A stretch of DNA of 63,839 nt, counting the filler, from Octopus bimaculoides (lineage: Eukaryota), in NCBI RefSeq assembly GCF_001194135.2. It is 4 parts of 4 records of this genome, joined end to end, with 100 filler letters (N's around TTAATTAATTAA, not from the genome) between each part and the next. Parts side by side here need not be neighbours in the genome. Positions count along the whole stretch, not along the records: positions 1 to 26,996 come from NC_068990.1; 3 more parts are not named here. One strand, given 5' to 3'. The translations under genes were made by a program, and so were the position numbers. The first letter of the stretch is position 1. Every line of letters begins with the position of its first letter. This document shows positions 12,745 to 26,458 of this stretch, piece after piece. Below the pieces are notes generated by a model that ran no database searches, was not told the DNA's origin, and saw nothing but the letters and a program-made list of their open reading frames with translations.

Positions 12745-12920
12745 CTGGCACATAAAAGCACTCACTACACTCTCAGAGTGGTTGGTGTTAGGAAGGGCAT
12801 CAAGCTGTAGAAACTGCCAAATCAGATTGGAGCCTGGTGTAGCCATCTGGTTCGCCAGTCCTCAGTCAAATTGTCCAACCCATGCTAGCATGGAAGGCAG
12901 ACGTTAAACGATGATGATAA
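12745..12920 (+). mobile_element. RTE 3' tail (family A) inserted among MITE fragments
   Basis: AAAAGCACTCACTACACTCTCAGAGTGGTTGG..GACGTTAAACGATGATGAT. Confidence 0.75.
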
Positions 12921-15900
12921 CTGAAACAAATATCGGTGTATTTCAACAGAAATATGGTAACAAAAGGGTTTAAAAGCCAAAGGTAAGAGCAAGCAATTCT
13001 CTTTTTTTTTTTTTTTCCAAAACATATACTACATAATTGTTCTTTTAATAGATTATCTTCCATCATAAAACATTTGAAGGAATCCTACTTAAGATGTGTC
13101 GGGTGAATAAACTCAAGGTCATTTACTAATTTCAGAGTCTGGTGAATAAACTTGTGACACCATTAATTTTGCAAGCCCATCCACACATGACTTCGTTTAA
13201 ATGAGGAGGAAGAGGAGGAAGAACATGATTCTAATAAGAATCAAAATTATCATTTTCCATTTTCCAAACATTCTCCTTCTCTCTGTTTTTATATTGGGTT
13301 TGGCATCAACTTCTCTGAAGACACTGACAACATTGAATTGTAGGACTGCCACAGAAGGCCTCATCTTCATATTGTGTTTTTGCTGTTTTTGTTTTAACTC
13401 CAGGTCAGTCTCAACTGAGCAGGCCTATGAGCAAAAGCATTCTAGCTATGACCATCCCATATCTTCAGGCTTTCTCACAAACTACAATAATGTTTCTCAA
13501 ACATTTCAACAATCATTTCTTTTCATTTACCAAAACCTTTTACAAGGCCCTCTTTGCTATGATTCAATGCACTCCCACCCTATCAATTTTTTTAGGACCA
13601 TACGCATAAGGCATGTGGCCTGGTGATTATGATGTTGCACTCACGATCACTAGATTGTGGGTTTGATTCCTGAACTGAGCAGTGTTCTCGAGCAAAACAC
13701 TTCATTTCACATTGCTCTAGTGGGTGAGAGTGTGGCAGAATTTTTGATGTATTGGCAGAAATGCTTTACAGTATACCTTTCAGCTTTTTACACTCTGAGT
13801 TCACAGTCTGTGACATGGCTGGCCCTTTGAAATACAGGTACTACTCATTTTTGCCAGCTGAGTGGACTGGAGCAACATGAAATAATGGGTCTTGCTCAAT
13901 GACACAGTGTGCCACCAGGAATAAAACTCCTGATTGTAAGCCAAGTACCCTGACCACTTGGCCACACACCTACACAATATGTCTGAACAAATGGATGGAG
14001 TGATCTCAGCTGAAGTGCTTTCAGTTCTCGCTCTGTTTAGTTGACACTAAATCGCAACAATAACGGTTAATAGGGTGGAAACCTATTTAATCTCTGGAGC
14101 ATTGAAAAATCTTGAAATAGGATTCATTTCTATTTTTATCATAAGATATGTTAAACATGACCTTTGTTAATAGATTATCTTCCAAAGAAATTATTTGAAG
14201 GCTTTTGTTGAATAAATTCCAAGACATAAATAACTTCATATTGGCTGCTGAGTTAAGTGCCCACTCTACAGTATTTTATGTGTAAACTTATACAAAAGGG
14301 CCAGCCATGTCACGCTGAATCTCCCTAAGAATAATATCAAAGGTACATGTGTCTGTGGAGTGCTCATCCACATACACATTAATTTCATGAACAGGTTGTT
14401 CTGTTGATTGAAACAATTGGAACCCTTGGCATTATAACAGTGTGCTGGTATGTGTGTGTATATAAAGTTGTAGTCAACTTACAACCACAATTGGTATACA
14501 ACTTGTTGCACATAAATGTTAACAACAAAATCTTACATGGAACCTGGTTGAGGACCACTGATTTATGAGAGAGAAGAATATAATGTCAATAGTGTTTCTC
14601 AAACATTCTAACAATCATTTCTTTTCATTTACCAAAACTTTTTACAAGGCCCTCTTTGCTATGATGTTGTCTGGGATTTACTGGGATTAAATTTTTAAAA
14701 AAATGACTGGATGGTCATATCTGGGATGCTTTTGACCAAAGGTTTGCTTAGCTTTTTTTTACCCTATTTCAGTTGAAATACATGGCCTTTGTTTCAATTA
14801 ATTTTTTAAATAGGTGAAGAATTTAGTAAAATAATTTTAACATTATTGAAACCAGTATTTGGAATATAAATTACAAATTCTGATGTAAAGTTTTAATATA
14901 GACCACTTTAGAACAAAGTTTGTATCATAGAACCAAGGACAGTCTCAGGCAGGTTGGTTTCAAAAGAGGTTCAGTAACTTTTATATATTATTTATCTGAA
15001 TAAGAGCCAACACTGCTATATTCAATGTGAATTAACCCCCAAATATTTTGGTTCAAACTAAAAAATCTGAATATTTCCCCTAATGAAGTATACATATCAC
15101 AGGATGTGTGTGTGTGTGTGTGTGTTGAAGGTCATGATACACAAAAACTAATGAAATTTTTGCCAGCAGGTGAATACGATTACAAGATCGTTATTTATTA
15201 TAATTCCATTAGCTCAACACTAGGACCTACCACTCCGTAAAGAAAGAAGAATGTTAATCTCTAAAATACCAAACATATCAACAAAAATGACTGACAATTT
15301 TCTCATTCTTTCTTTTATGCAAAGGATTAAAGCCAAAGGAATTTGACTGGAAATACTTCAGCATTTATCCCTAACAGTCAGAGGATTGCATGCACGCAAT
15401 ACTCCACACTTGCCTACAGTTAGAAAACTTTACAGGATTAATAACTCTTATCTAAATTGATCAGAAATTTGTCTCAGGGATTGTTTCTTTCTTTATATTT
15501 CTTCTTCTTATTATTATTTTTTGTCTTTTTTTGACATGCATCGTGATGAAGACATTTTCACTAATCGTTAACATCATTCTTAAGAGGAAAAAATAATTAA
15601 AAGTAAAAATAAAAAAATGTAGGAACACATGATCATCAGCATTGTTAATTGAAATAAATTTTGAGAAAATAAATAAATAAATAAATTGGTAGTCCAGCTG
15701 TCAATGAAAGAAGTGATCTGTACAAGATGCCAAGATCACATCCCACCCAAATATTAATTTTCCCTGGGACCAATAAATGAAAAAATTTTTAGATGCGCAA
15801 TTAATTTTTTCTTTTACTCATGTATCTTCAGACAGACATCATAAATATGTTTCAATTCCTGGACCAGGTGATGCAGTGTGTTCTTGAGCAAAACACTTTA

Positions 15901-16800
15901 TTTCACATTGCTCCAGTCCACTCTGATGGCAAAAATGGGTAACCCAGTGTTGGACAGGTATCCTGCCTAAGGTGAGGAGATACATATATTCCACAGAAAC
16001 TGGATTGAACCCAGGACCTTGCAGCTACAAAGCAAACTCCATAACCATTTAGCAATATTGCATGTACAACGAGTACTTCCTAAGCACATGGTTTTGGGTT
16101 CAGTCCCACTGCTTGGACAAGTGTCTTCTAGAATGGCTCTGAGCTGACCACAGTCTTGTGAGTGGATTTGGCAGGCAGAAATTGAAAGAAGCTCATTGTG
16201 TATGTGTGTGTGTGTTTGTGCTTGAGAGAAAGAGCATCCAGCAAAATTAAAAATGAAACCAGTCAAGGGGATAGAGGAGGCTTTCACAGACAAATCAATG
16301 TCTATCCATAGTTGGAGAGAAGACAGGTACCATCAAGAAGTATGTCTACTGAAATAGACTGTGGCCATTTTAGGCTATGAATCTGGAATAAAACACCACA
16401 AAATGTCCTGACACTCTCCCATCCCAACATATCCATTTTTTTTTTCTTTTTGTGATGGTTAATAAGTTTCTTCACAAGAATACATAACTCTGTTCTGTGT
16501 AAAGAATAATAGTTTAAAGATAAGACAAAATATGGGAATATATGGGCCACAGGATGGAATTATTTAATAACAGAGGCTAGGTGTGTATGGAAAACAATGT
16601 AGGAGACCAACAGTGTTCTTGGAGAGAGAAGAGAGAAAAAAAATCAACAAGATTAAATTGTTTCATTGAAAAATATTTCAAATTGAAAAAAAAATTATAA
16701 CAGCACATCTGAACAATCTTTAGATGAACAGGTTTTAAATTGGAACTATCAATGTTCAGGGATCTAATTAAAGATAGAGACAGATCACCAATGAACACAG

Positions 16801-16849
<49 letters not shown>

Positions 16850-16850
<1 letters not shown>

Positions 16851-17065
16851 TTGGTTTCAAATTTTGGCATGAGGCCAGTACTTTTATGGGAGTGGGGTAA
16901 GTTGATTACATTGACCCCAATGCACAACTGGTACCTATTTTATCAACCCTGAAAGGATGAAAAGTAAAGTTGACCATGGCAGAATCTGAAAGCAGAACAA
17001 ACAGAAGAAATGCTGCTCAGCATTTTGTCCAACATACTAACAATTCTGCCAGTTCACCACCTTAT
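16850..17065 (-). mobile_element. Family C tRNA-derived SINE with an (ATT)n tail
   Basis: Reverse complement of GGTGAACTGGCAGAATTGTTAG..GTCAACTTTACTTTTCATCCTTTC..; adjacent (AAT)n at about 16802-16850. Confidence 0.7.
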
Positions 17066-18365
17066 AAACAGGAATAATAATGTTGATTAAGAACAAGTAA
17101 TATTCCATAAGCCACATTATCATTAGATAAACTAGAATAGAAATACTATAGTAGTAGATAGCATTATATATTTGCTTATTTCTATGTGCATTTGCTCATT
17201 TATCAGTTAATGTTTATTATTAAAAAAAAATCTTTGCTATTAATGTAAACCGTATATTTATTTGAAGATCAACAGCAGTTTATGTATCCACATAAAATGC
17301 ATGTGCACATGAACACCTGTATAACTAAACTAACATATTTACTTAAGGAGAAACTAAATATTCTTATTTAGCTTAACATTATCAAAAACCTTAAAAACAA
17401 ATTACTAAGTAAATCCATAGAAGATTATTGCCAATACCGTTGATATTAAACAAGGCAGGGTGAGAGAACAGAGCTAGAAATGATAAGCAAACAGCTGTGG
17501 AAATAGAGTCAGCTTCAAAACAGTAACTCTTTAACAGCTGTTTATTGTGTCACATCTAACTGGTTAGCTTACTATTAATGCAAATAGAGAATTTGGTACA
17601 TTGTGTGCATGTATTAAAAACTGGCACTCTTTTAGTTACGATGACAAGTGTTCTGCATGATCCTAACAGAACAGCCTGCTCATGAAATTAACAGGCAACT
17701 GGCTGAGCACTCCACAGACACACATATCCTTAACGGAGTTATCAGGGATATTCAGTGTGACATCAAGCATGACAGGGCTGACTTTTTGAAATACAGGTAC
17801 AACTCATTTTTGCCAGCTAAATGAACTGGAGCAATGTGAAATGAAGTATCTTGCTCAAGGACACAACGTGCCACTGGGTACCAAACCCGCAATCTTAAGG
17901 TCGTGGCCAGATACTCAACCACTAAACCAAGCACTGTTACTATGTGTGTGTGCGCACATGTGTGTATGTGTGTGTATGTATATNNNNNNNNNNNNNNNNN
18001 NNNNNNNNNNNNNNNNNNNNNNNNNNNNNNNNNNNNNNNNNNNNNNNNNNNNNNNNNNNNNNNNNNNNNNNNNNNNNNNNNNNNNNNNNNNNNNNNNNNN
18101 NNNNNNNNNNNNNNNNNNNNNNNNNNNNNNNNNNNNNNNNNNNNNNNNNNNNNNNNNNNNNNNNNNNNNNNNNNNNNNNNNNNNNNNNNNNNNNNNNNNN
18201 NNNNNNNNNNNNNNTTTTAATTACAAGACAATTACAATCCACCAAATAGACTGAACGCCAGAGAATGTACAAAAACATTCAACATTAATTATTAACCACA
18301 AAAAAAAATGTTGCAAAATTTGTGCTTAAAGCTTTTGTTTGCTTGCTATGGTATTTTTTCTTGGT

Positions 18366-18371
18366 TTTATT
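18366..18371 (-). promoter_or_regulatory. Candidate polyadenylation signal for USP14
   Basis: AATAAA on the minus strand about 245 nt after the stop codon. Other downstream sites are possible. Confidence 0.3.
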
Positions 18372-18613
18372 TAATGTGTTGTTGTTGTTGTTGCTGGTGG
18401 TGGTCATCTTGTAGCTGTTAGATTTCATAAATGATCCTGTTGTGCCATAGGTCTTGAGGCTCATAACTTTGAGAGACACAAAAAAAAAGTTTTTTGAAAA
18501 AAAAATAAAAAATAAAACAGGAACTGTATTTCCTTTAAATGAAATTGAATAAGCAATTCTTAATATTGTAGAAGCCTTCTGCCCGCCTGCTTGCAGACAT
18601 ACATGTTGGCCAC

Positions 18614-18678
18614 CTACATCTCTTCCAGTTGCAATGGTCGTGGACCATACAGAAGCACATAGGCACAATGCCAATCAC
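18614..18678 (-). CDS. USP14: USP14 terminal coding exon
   Basis: tttctctgcag|GT GAT TGG CAT TGT GCC TAT GTG CTT CTG TAT GGT CCA CGA..ATG TAG, i.e. (G)DWHCAYVLLYGPRPLQLEEM*. Confidence 0.92.
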
Positions 18679-18794
18679 CTGCAGAGAAATTAAAAACACC
18701 AATTAAAAACACTAAAATAAAAAACATTTGATTGAAATATTAATGAATGTTTTTGGTTAGGTGTTTGCAGCTAATTAACATAAATTACTTGTCA

Positions 18795-19197
18795 GGGCTG
18801 CTGACTAGCTCCTGTGCGGGTGGCACATAAAAAGCATCATTCGAGCGTGATCGTTACCAGCATCGCCTTACTGGCACTTGTGCCGGTGGCACGTGAAAAA
18901 CAATATTTGAGCAAGGTCGTTGCCAGTGCCGCTGGACTGGCTCCTGTACAGGTGGTACATAAAAACATTTGAGCATGGCCGTTGCCAGTACCGCCCGATT
19001 GGCCCTTGTGCTGGTGGCATGTAAAAGCACCTACTACATTCTCAGGGTGGTTGGCATTAGGAAGGGCATCCAGCTGTAGAAACTCTGCCAGATCAGATTG
19101 GAGCCTGGTGCAGCCATCTGGCTCACCAGTCCTCAGTCAAACCGTCCAACCCATGCCAGCATGGAAAGTGGACGTTAAACGATGATGATGATGATGA
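18795..19197 (+). mobile_element. RTE 3' tail with about four tandem ~60-nt units
   Basis: Repeated GCCAGT..ACTGGC..GTGCxGGTGGCACxTAAAAAGCA units, then the family A tail and (GAT)n. Confidence 0.8.
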
Positions 19198-19302
19198 TCC
19201 AAAAATGTTGGCTACACACATGAAATGATACAAGATTCAATCTCTTGTATCACTTGGAAGTACATGAGAACACAACAAGAGTTTTAAGACTGCATAATGA
19301 AG

Positions 19303-19551
19303 CAGTGGTTCTCAACCATTTTTGGCTTATGGAGCCCTTTTGATTCTTATTTGACTTAGTTGGACCCTCAAAGTCAGTTGACATTTAAAAAAAAGCCCAT
19401 TTTTAAAATCAAATATTATGAATTGTATAAAAGAATTGTTAAAATATTTTGTATTTTGTGGAAGTACAACCAATATATTGCACTTAAATTTTAAAAGCAA
19501 AATCTTATATGGACCTCTAAGGGCCATATAGACCCTGGTTGAGAACCAGGG
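19303..19551. mobile_element. hAT/Charlie-like MITE
   Basis: TIRs CAGTGGTTCTCAACC ... GGTTGAGAACCAGGG. No clear target-site duplication remains. Confidence 0.6.
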
Positions 19552-20104
19552 TGATAAATTATGCTCCAGGTTAGCTCAATAATAGCTTCTAAGTTTAAAT
19601 AAGCACAGGTGTAGCTGTGTAGTTAAAAAGCTTGCTTCCAAACCACATGGTCTTGGGTTCGATCTCACTGTGTGGCACATTAGGCAAGTGGTGTCTACTA
19701 CAGGTCCAGCCCAACCAAAGCCTTGTGAGTGAATTTGGTAGATGGATTCTGAAAAGAAGACTATATTGTGTGTGTATACAACCCACAGTTAAGTGAACTA
19801 AGATGATGTCATCTTATCTTTATCAACCATTTCTCTCATGATTGAGGACATCAATGCTGGTGCCACACTGAAGATTATCCACTTCAGAAATCAATTATTT
19901 TTGTTGCTGATTTCCTGTCTTTATTTTAGTCATTGGTGATAAATTCTCTCTCCCTTATTCTTACAACCAGACCCACCCATGTTCAAGAATCGGGTGAGTG
20001 TACCGAGACAGATGCCTGATGGAATATAATGTACTTTACAGTTAAAGGTGTATCCCACTTTATTCGGGGTTGGGAGTGAATATGCAATAATATTTGTTAC
20101 GTAC

Positions 20105-20179
20105 CACCACCAGATAATTTCAAAATGTCTTCAGATAAAATTGGAGATACTTTGTCATCATCAAACATAATCCATTCAT
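20105..20179 (-). CDS. USP14: USP14 coding exon
   Basis: tgttttcttag|AT GAA TGG ATT ATG TTT GAT GAT GAC AAA..TCT GGT GGT G|gtacgt, i.e. (D)EWIMFDDDKVSPILSEDILKLSGG; contains the USP catalytic Asp region. Confidence 0.92.
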
Positions 20180-20499
20180 CTAAGAAAACAGATCAAAAAT
20201 TAATAATGAACATTAAAAAAAAAAAAAATTTTAAATCAGGTTTTTAAAGTGATATTCTTTCAGATAGTATAAACTAATTATAGACACCCATTGTTATACA
20301 GAGCAATAACTATAAACATCAAATGTTAAAGAGTAAATAGATCTTGCCATACTGCTTCCGATCATTATTTAGCTTTTATTATTATCAAATATTAAGAAAT
20401 TTAACAAAACTATTTACATTGACACATTACAATTCAAACTAGACAATCTATACTAAAAAGAAAATGATCACTGCAAACATTTAATTCTTACAAAGATTT

Positions 20500-20915
20500 C
20501 CTTTTACAAATGTTTTCCAGATAGCTATGTAATATTTCTTGCCAGTGGCACATAAAAAGCACAATTCGAATGTGGTCATTGCCAGTGCAGCTTGAATGGC
20601 TCCCGTGCTGGTGGCACATAAAAAGCACAATTTGGGCGTGGTTGTTGCCAGTGCTGCCTGACTGGCTCCTGTGCTGGTGGCACGTAAAAAGCACCATTCG
20701 AGTGTAGTCAATGCTCGTACCACGTAACTGGCCCTTGTGGCACGTAAAAAGCACGCACTACACTCTCGGAGTGGTTGGCGTTAGAAAGGGCATCCAGATG
20801 TAGAAACCTTGCCAGATCAGATTGGAGCCTGGTGTAGCCCTCTGGCTTGACAGTCCTTGGTCAAACCGTCCAACCCATGCCAGCATAGAAAGCAGACGTT
20901 AAACGATGATGATAA
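20500..20915 (+). mobile_element. RTE 3' tail with tandem units, in a USP14 intron
   Basis: Three to four ~60-nt units followed by the family A tail. Confidence 0.8.
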
Positions 20916-22026
20916 TGAAATTTGTAAATGACTACAAGTTCATCCTTAAAGGATTTTTAGTGATTTAATATGCAATAGCTTTGTCTTGAATCAAAACCAG
21001 CAACAGACTCAGTTCCTGTGTAGCTTGCTCACCATTTGTTCTAAAGCACATAGTACTATTGTTTTGATATGAGCCAATGTGGAAGCCTATACGAGGTTGA
21101 TGAAACTGCTAGAAATAGCAGCCAACTTTTTCTCACATGACCTCTGTATCCTCTTAAAAATTAGACACATTGGATAATGTAACTCTAGATATACTATGCT
21201 TGAAAAAGAAAGATGGGATAGTTATGACTGCTCAGTCAGGTCTTTCAGGTAGAACCAGTTAATAACTATCAATAATCACCAAATGATAAAAAAAAATACT
21301 GTTAGAGGTAAAAAAAAAAACATTCAACATTGTCATCTACCAAGCAGTTCTCTACTTTACTACTACTACAAAGTTACCATTTCTATGGTCTCTATTTAGC
21401 AGTAATAATTTAGAGTGACTCAAGAAAAGATGAACATCCTGTATAGTGACAGGCTAAAATTGATCAATTAACTTCAAGACAAAATAAATTGTTGGCTCAT
21501 TGATTCTAACAGCCTTCAATAATATTGCTATTAGAGGTTTGCAGGTCTTACCAGGATTCATTGTACTTTTCATCACTCTGAGACTGATAGGGCAAGTACC
21601 AGTAATATGATAGGGTTTAAGTTAAGTGATTATACCTCACTTTGTTCCAAAATTAGATATGTCTCTTTGGTAAGAAATCAATGTTACCAAAATAATTCAC
21701 TCCAAAAACCCCAAAGGAGGAAACACAAATCAGCAAGACAAGTATACAATACATATCAATTGTCAGGTAACTTTGCTGGCCACAATGGTGATTTATATAT
21801 CTTGACAATAGCTTTTGATTATCTTTGCCCAGTTCATGGCACCAGAGTTAACCTAAGACTCACTAATCCTTTTAGGAGAACAGCAACATAAAAAAACTCA
21901 AGCAGCTGAAATGCTCAGTGTTTGAGAGGCCAACAATTCGGTTGTGCGTAGACTGACTGGAAATTCTGAAAGAAAATAAAGTCAACTGAACTGATAACAA
22001 TTGAAAAAAATGCCAAAAAAACTCAC

Positions 22027-22134
22027 CACCCTTCTTCCGAATCCAAGCTACATAATGTCCACTGGAACTTGAACGACCTTTGTGTGTTAGTACAGCCTTC
22101 AGTTCATAGAAGCCACTGTTGTTAGAACCTTCGT
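22027..22134 (-). CDS. USP14: USP14 coding exon (His box)
   Basis: tttcag|AC GAA GGT..AAG GGT G|gtgagt, i.e. (D)EGSNNSGFYELKAVLTHKGRSSSSGHYVAWIRKKG. Confidence 0.95.
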
Positions 22135-22805
22135 CTGAAACAGAACATTTTAAATTCTTCATTTCTTGCAGAGACCTAGAGACGTCAGAGTTAGAGGAGA
22201 GGGAAACAGGATGTTGAGACATTCATTCATTCTGCACATTAGTTTGATTTAACATTGGATGAGATTAACAATTTGGTTACACCTTTCTCATCACCATTCT
22301 AAGGTCTACTATTCCATGCTTGGACATGTCAAATGAGACTACAGTGAAGCAGAATATTCTACATCCGTATGCCCTCCCTGATGTCAGCCCTCATCTGTTT
22401 CCAAGCAACATAATAATAATCCCTCAGTCTTTAAAAACAATAAACAGCCCAGACACGTTTTTACAAAGGACTGCAAACAAATAATGTTGTTTGTACTAAC
22501 AGTGAGTTTTTTTTGTTACAAATAGCATGCAACATGTCAGAACATGTCAAGAAAGCCTGGACATTCTTTTCTGGTGGATAAACACCACCATCAGGATAGG
22601 TGAGGTGAAATATAAATCACTCTCCCACACACACATGTTGGGCTTCTTTCAGATTCTATCTACAGGATATTGGTCGACCTGTAGCTAATGTCAAGGATAC
22701 AAGGAACAGAAATAAGAAATTACTGTAAGAACTAAAATGAAGAATTCACAAAATATTTGTTTATAAAAAAAAAGACCTAAATACATTTACATTAGTGTCA
22801 CATAC

Positions 22806-22881
22806 CTCCAGAGAAAGAATATGCTTCCGTTTTTAACTTCCTTGCTTCAAGAGTTTTAGCGTATTCTTTGTCATATTTCGC
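22806..22881 (-). CDS. USP14: USP14 coding exon
   Basis: ttctttcag|GCG AAA..TCT GGA G|gtatg, i.e. AKYDKEYAKTLEARKLKTEAYSFSG. Phases fit both neighbouring exons. Confidence 0.85.
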
Positions 22882-23449
22882 CTGAAAGAATCACATGGAA
22901 AACAACATCCTAAGAGATGAGACACAATAAATGTGCTGTAATGACATCATTTTCAAATTAAGGAAGCCACAAGATGAACAGACAGATAAACTAATCTAAA
23001 GCAATATATGGAGTCAGTTTATTTATTTAATTATAAGAAAACTAAATGATGAGCAATTAAAATGACCAAAGAAAATATATCCTATACTTTTAATTATAAG
23101 AACAAAATTGAAATTTCAAGGGTGTAATGTTTTTTTAATATCTCAAAATCAGTAATAGCAAGCAACATTTCCCTCAAAGTAATATGGCACTCATATGTTA
23201 TGACTCAGCACTAAGCAAATTATAGTAAGTACCCATTAAATTATATTAAATATCTGTTAAGTTATACTAAATTAATATTCATTAAATTCTATTAAATATT
23301 CATTCAATAAAATGTTTTCTGTATTCAGATACTATATACAAAATTTATATAAATCTCATAAAAATGAATTTTGCCTGAGAAAAAGGAAATTATAATCAAT
23401 TTAGACTGAATTAAGCTACAGAGTAGAAACTGATAAAGCTGAATCTAAC

Positions 23450-23575
23450 CTTGCTCTGTTCTTCTGCTTTTCTATCTTCCATTATTTTATATTTATCACG
23501 GGTTGGAACCAATTTTTTCTGTAATTCTTCAGTACATAAATCATAGACATCAAGGTTTAATGGGAATTTGACATC
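23450..23575 (-). CDS. USP14: USP14 coding exon
   Basis: aattcag|GAT GTC AAA..AGC AAG|gttaga, i.e. DVKFPLNLDVYDLCTEELQKKLVPTRDKYKIMEDRKAEEQSK. Confidence 0.9.
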
Positions 23576-25659
23576 CTGAATTTTGAAGAAGAATTAAAAC
23601 AGAACTAAACAATAAATAAAATGCAGAAAGAATGAATGAAAATACACAAAAATATATTTACTGAGAAATTAAATCCAAGATAGATTATAGAAAAAGAAGA
23701 AAAAAAGGCTATTGAGTAACACCATCAACATTGTTTTAATAATGTTCCCTTTTCCATGCTTGGAATTTGTTGTTGCAGATTTTTTGCAGCTGGATGCTCT
23801 TCCTGTTGCCAACCCCTCATCCGTTTCCAAGTAAGTTAATATTTCCCCATGACCAAACTTGTTTTCATGAAAGATTGGAAACAGCACACTACTTCCTTGC
23901 ACCATTTGCCAGGATTAGGGCATCACCAACAGATGGTGGGTGCAGCAATGCACTGTTACAGTGCATACCCCCATTCTACTACTGATTTCTTGTCTTGACT
24001 TTGTGGGATAATTATAAAGGAGTGATACCTTCATAGGCACTGTAACAATGCATTGCTGCACCCATCATTTGTTGGTGATTCCCTACTCCTGGCAAATAGT
24101 TCAAGGAAGTAGTGCCACACAAATCGATACATACAAGTCAGGCTTCTTTCAGTTTCCATCTGCAAAATCCACTCACAAGATTTTAGTCAACCTGGTGCCA
24201 TGCAATAGCACCTTAGGCAGGTGTCTTCTATAGTCCCAGGTGGTTGACAAAGCAAACTTCTTATCACATAGCCACACCTGCACCTAAAAGTCTGATGCTC
24301 AACCAACTGAGCTATGTAGGCCACAACAAAGAAACTAGAATTAACCTGTCAGGGAATACATTAGAATATTGATTCCTGGACAATTGCCCCTTGACCTTTG
24401 GATTATGACCTCACAGCATTATTTGATAAATACACATGGAAGAATGAACAAAAAATAATTTCCATCAGAAGTCATAATTTAAAAGCAAAAAAGTTGTTAG
24501 CATTATTATAGAGATAGATGAAGCACTGCCAATAGCATAAGCAAGATCTCTTAGAGAATGACAGATTAATGTGATTGGTGTTGTAGATGTAGGACTTGCA
24601 AAGGTTAAAGCAATTGGTTGCAGATAGTAAACCTCAGCTGGTTAAGTTAATAAGATAGTAGTTTACAGCTTAAAGGTCAGTGTTTCAAATTTTATTGTTG
24701 GCAATGTGCTGTGTTGATGCCAAGATAATCAACATTTGATGATGCTGTCCAACTAGATGTCAATAACTATGTTAGTATTAACGTATTTAATGAAAGGAGG
24801 ATCAAAAAGCTAATTAGAAATAATTTTGTATTGAAGAAGACATTAGCTCAATAACTAATGTTATTTTCATCATTTTTGAAAGTAGGGGAGACAACTGCAC
24901 ACGTTTCTGTCTTAGAATCTCCTCAACAAATGATACAGTTCATCATACTAAGTAGATGTAGCTATGGCTGTGTGGGCCATGTAGTTCAATATCTAAACAT
25001 GGTTTCAGGTTCAATCCCATTGTGCAGCACCTTAAGTAAGAGTCGTCTAATATAACTCCAGGCCAGTGGATTGAGTTAGATCCATTAGTTCTACAGAGAG
25101 ATCCAGGTCTTATTGAACTCTTTGGAATGCTAATTCTGGAAATGACATTTTACTTAGAGAAAGAATTTGATAAAGAATAAAAAGATAAGCTTCACCCCTT
25201 TTGTTACCATATTCCTCTTGAAATAAACCCTCTTTGTTCAAATAAATTTTGAAGTTGATGAATTTAGTAAAATAACCTTACCATTATTTGTATTTGGAAC
25301 ACAATTTGGCAGGAAATTTTGAAGGAAGGTTCTTCAGATTATCATAAAACTCGACACAAAAATTTGTATCAGAGAAGCAGGGGTGGTCTTAGATGGATTG
25401 GTATCAAAAGGGTTTAAGAGTAGCGTTAAGACACTACAGAAATATATATAGTGTGCAAATACCTCAAATTCTATCAAACAAACAGTGAGAAGAAAATAAT
25501 TTAATGGAAACATCAATTAAAATTCCAAGTAATGAGGACAGTAATGTTCTCAGATGATGGTCTTCATTATAGCAAATATCTTTATTATGAGCTTCAAATG
25601 ATGGTGACACACTAGTGGAAGAGGTATGCAAATGTCAATCAAATACATACATATATTGA

Positions 25660-25905
25660 TGCCAGTGCCTGCTGACTGGCTCTCATGCCAGTGGCACGTA
25701 AAAAGCACTATCCGAACGTGATCAGCATCCAGGGCTGCATGACTGGCTCCCATGCCGGTAGCACATAAAAAGCACCCACTATACTCTTGGAGCAGTTGGT
25801 GTTAGGAAGGGCATCCAGCTGTAGAAACTCTGCCAGATCAGATTGGAGCCTGGTGTAGCCTTCTGGCTTGCCAGTCATCAGTCAAACCGTCAAACCCATG
25901 CCAAG
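25660..25905 (+). mobile_element. RTE 3' tail (family A), two tandem units
   Basis: Same motifs as the other family A copies; truncated before the (GAT)n tail. Confidence 0.75.
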
Positions 25906-26365
25906 TTTGACCACTGGAGTCATTGATACCTTACAAATTGTTCCCGCTTTTTAAAACAACCTTCCTTCTTTTGATCCTTTACTTCATTAGTCAATTAGTA
26001 AGTTATCAAAGAAGTCAAGTCATTGATTTTTACTAATCAGAGACATCTTTCATGAATGACTAGCTGTATTGACTTCTAAATAAAATCAGTAAGAGCCAAC
26101 TTCTATTTGGAGCCACAAACACAAAAAGTTGATTTCAACACTGCAAGTTAAGAAACATTCCTCAGTTTCAGAGTGTTGCCACTACTTCTATTAATGGTAC
26201 TCTGCATGGTACCCATTTACAGCTAGGTGAACTGGAATAATTTGAAAGTATCATGACCACAGAACCAATAAGATACAAACTGCTGCTTACATCTCAGATG
26301 TTGTTTATAAACACAGTTGCCTCTGACTTCATTTTAATAAATAGCAAACAAAGACAGAGCCTTAC

Positions 26366-26458
26366 CTTGAGAATTTTTGCATTGATTGATTCCTTTTCTT
26401 TGTAGAAAAACCTAACAAATTGGATTGATAAATAGCCAGGTAGTCGACTGATTTTACT
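26366..26458 (-). CDS. USP14: USP14 coding exon (most 5' exon present in the window)
   Basis: ttctatttctag|AGT AAA ATC..CTC AAG|gtaagg, i.e. SKISRLPGYLSIQFVRFFYKEKESINAKILK. Confidence 0.93.

Noticed and set aside
13196-13400. Short ORFs (acidic on plus; hydrophobic C-terminal tail on minus)
   Set aside because: No homology recognised, no consistent splice context, and partly driven by a GAG/GAA run.
19800-19875. C/D-box snoRNA in a USP14 intron
   Set aside because: The C box is mismatched (ATGATGT) and there is no terminal stem.
18795-20760. CRISPR-like appearance of the ~60-nt repeated units
   Set aside because: The units are directly tandem with no unique spacers, belong to an RTE 3' UTR, and lie in a eukaryotic genome with no cas genes.
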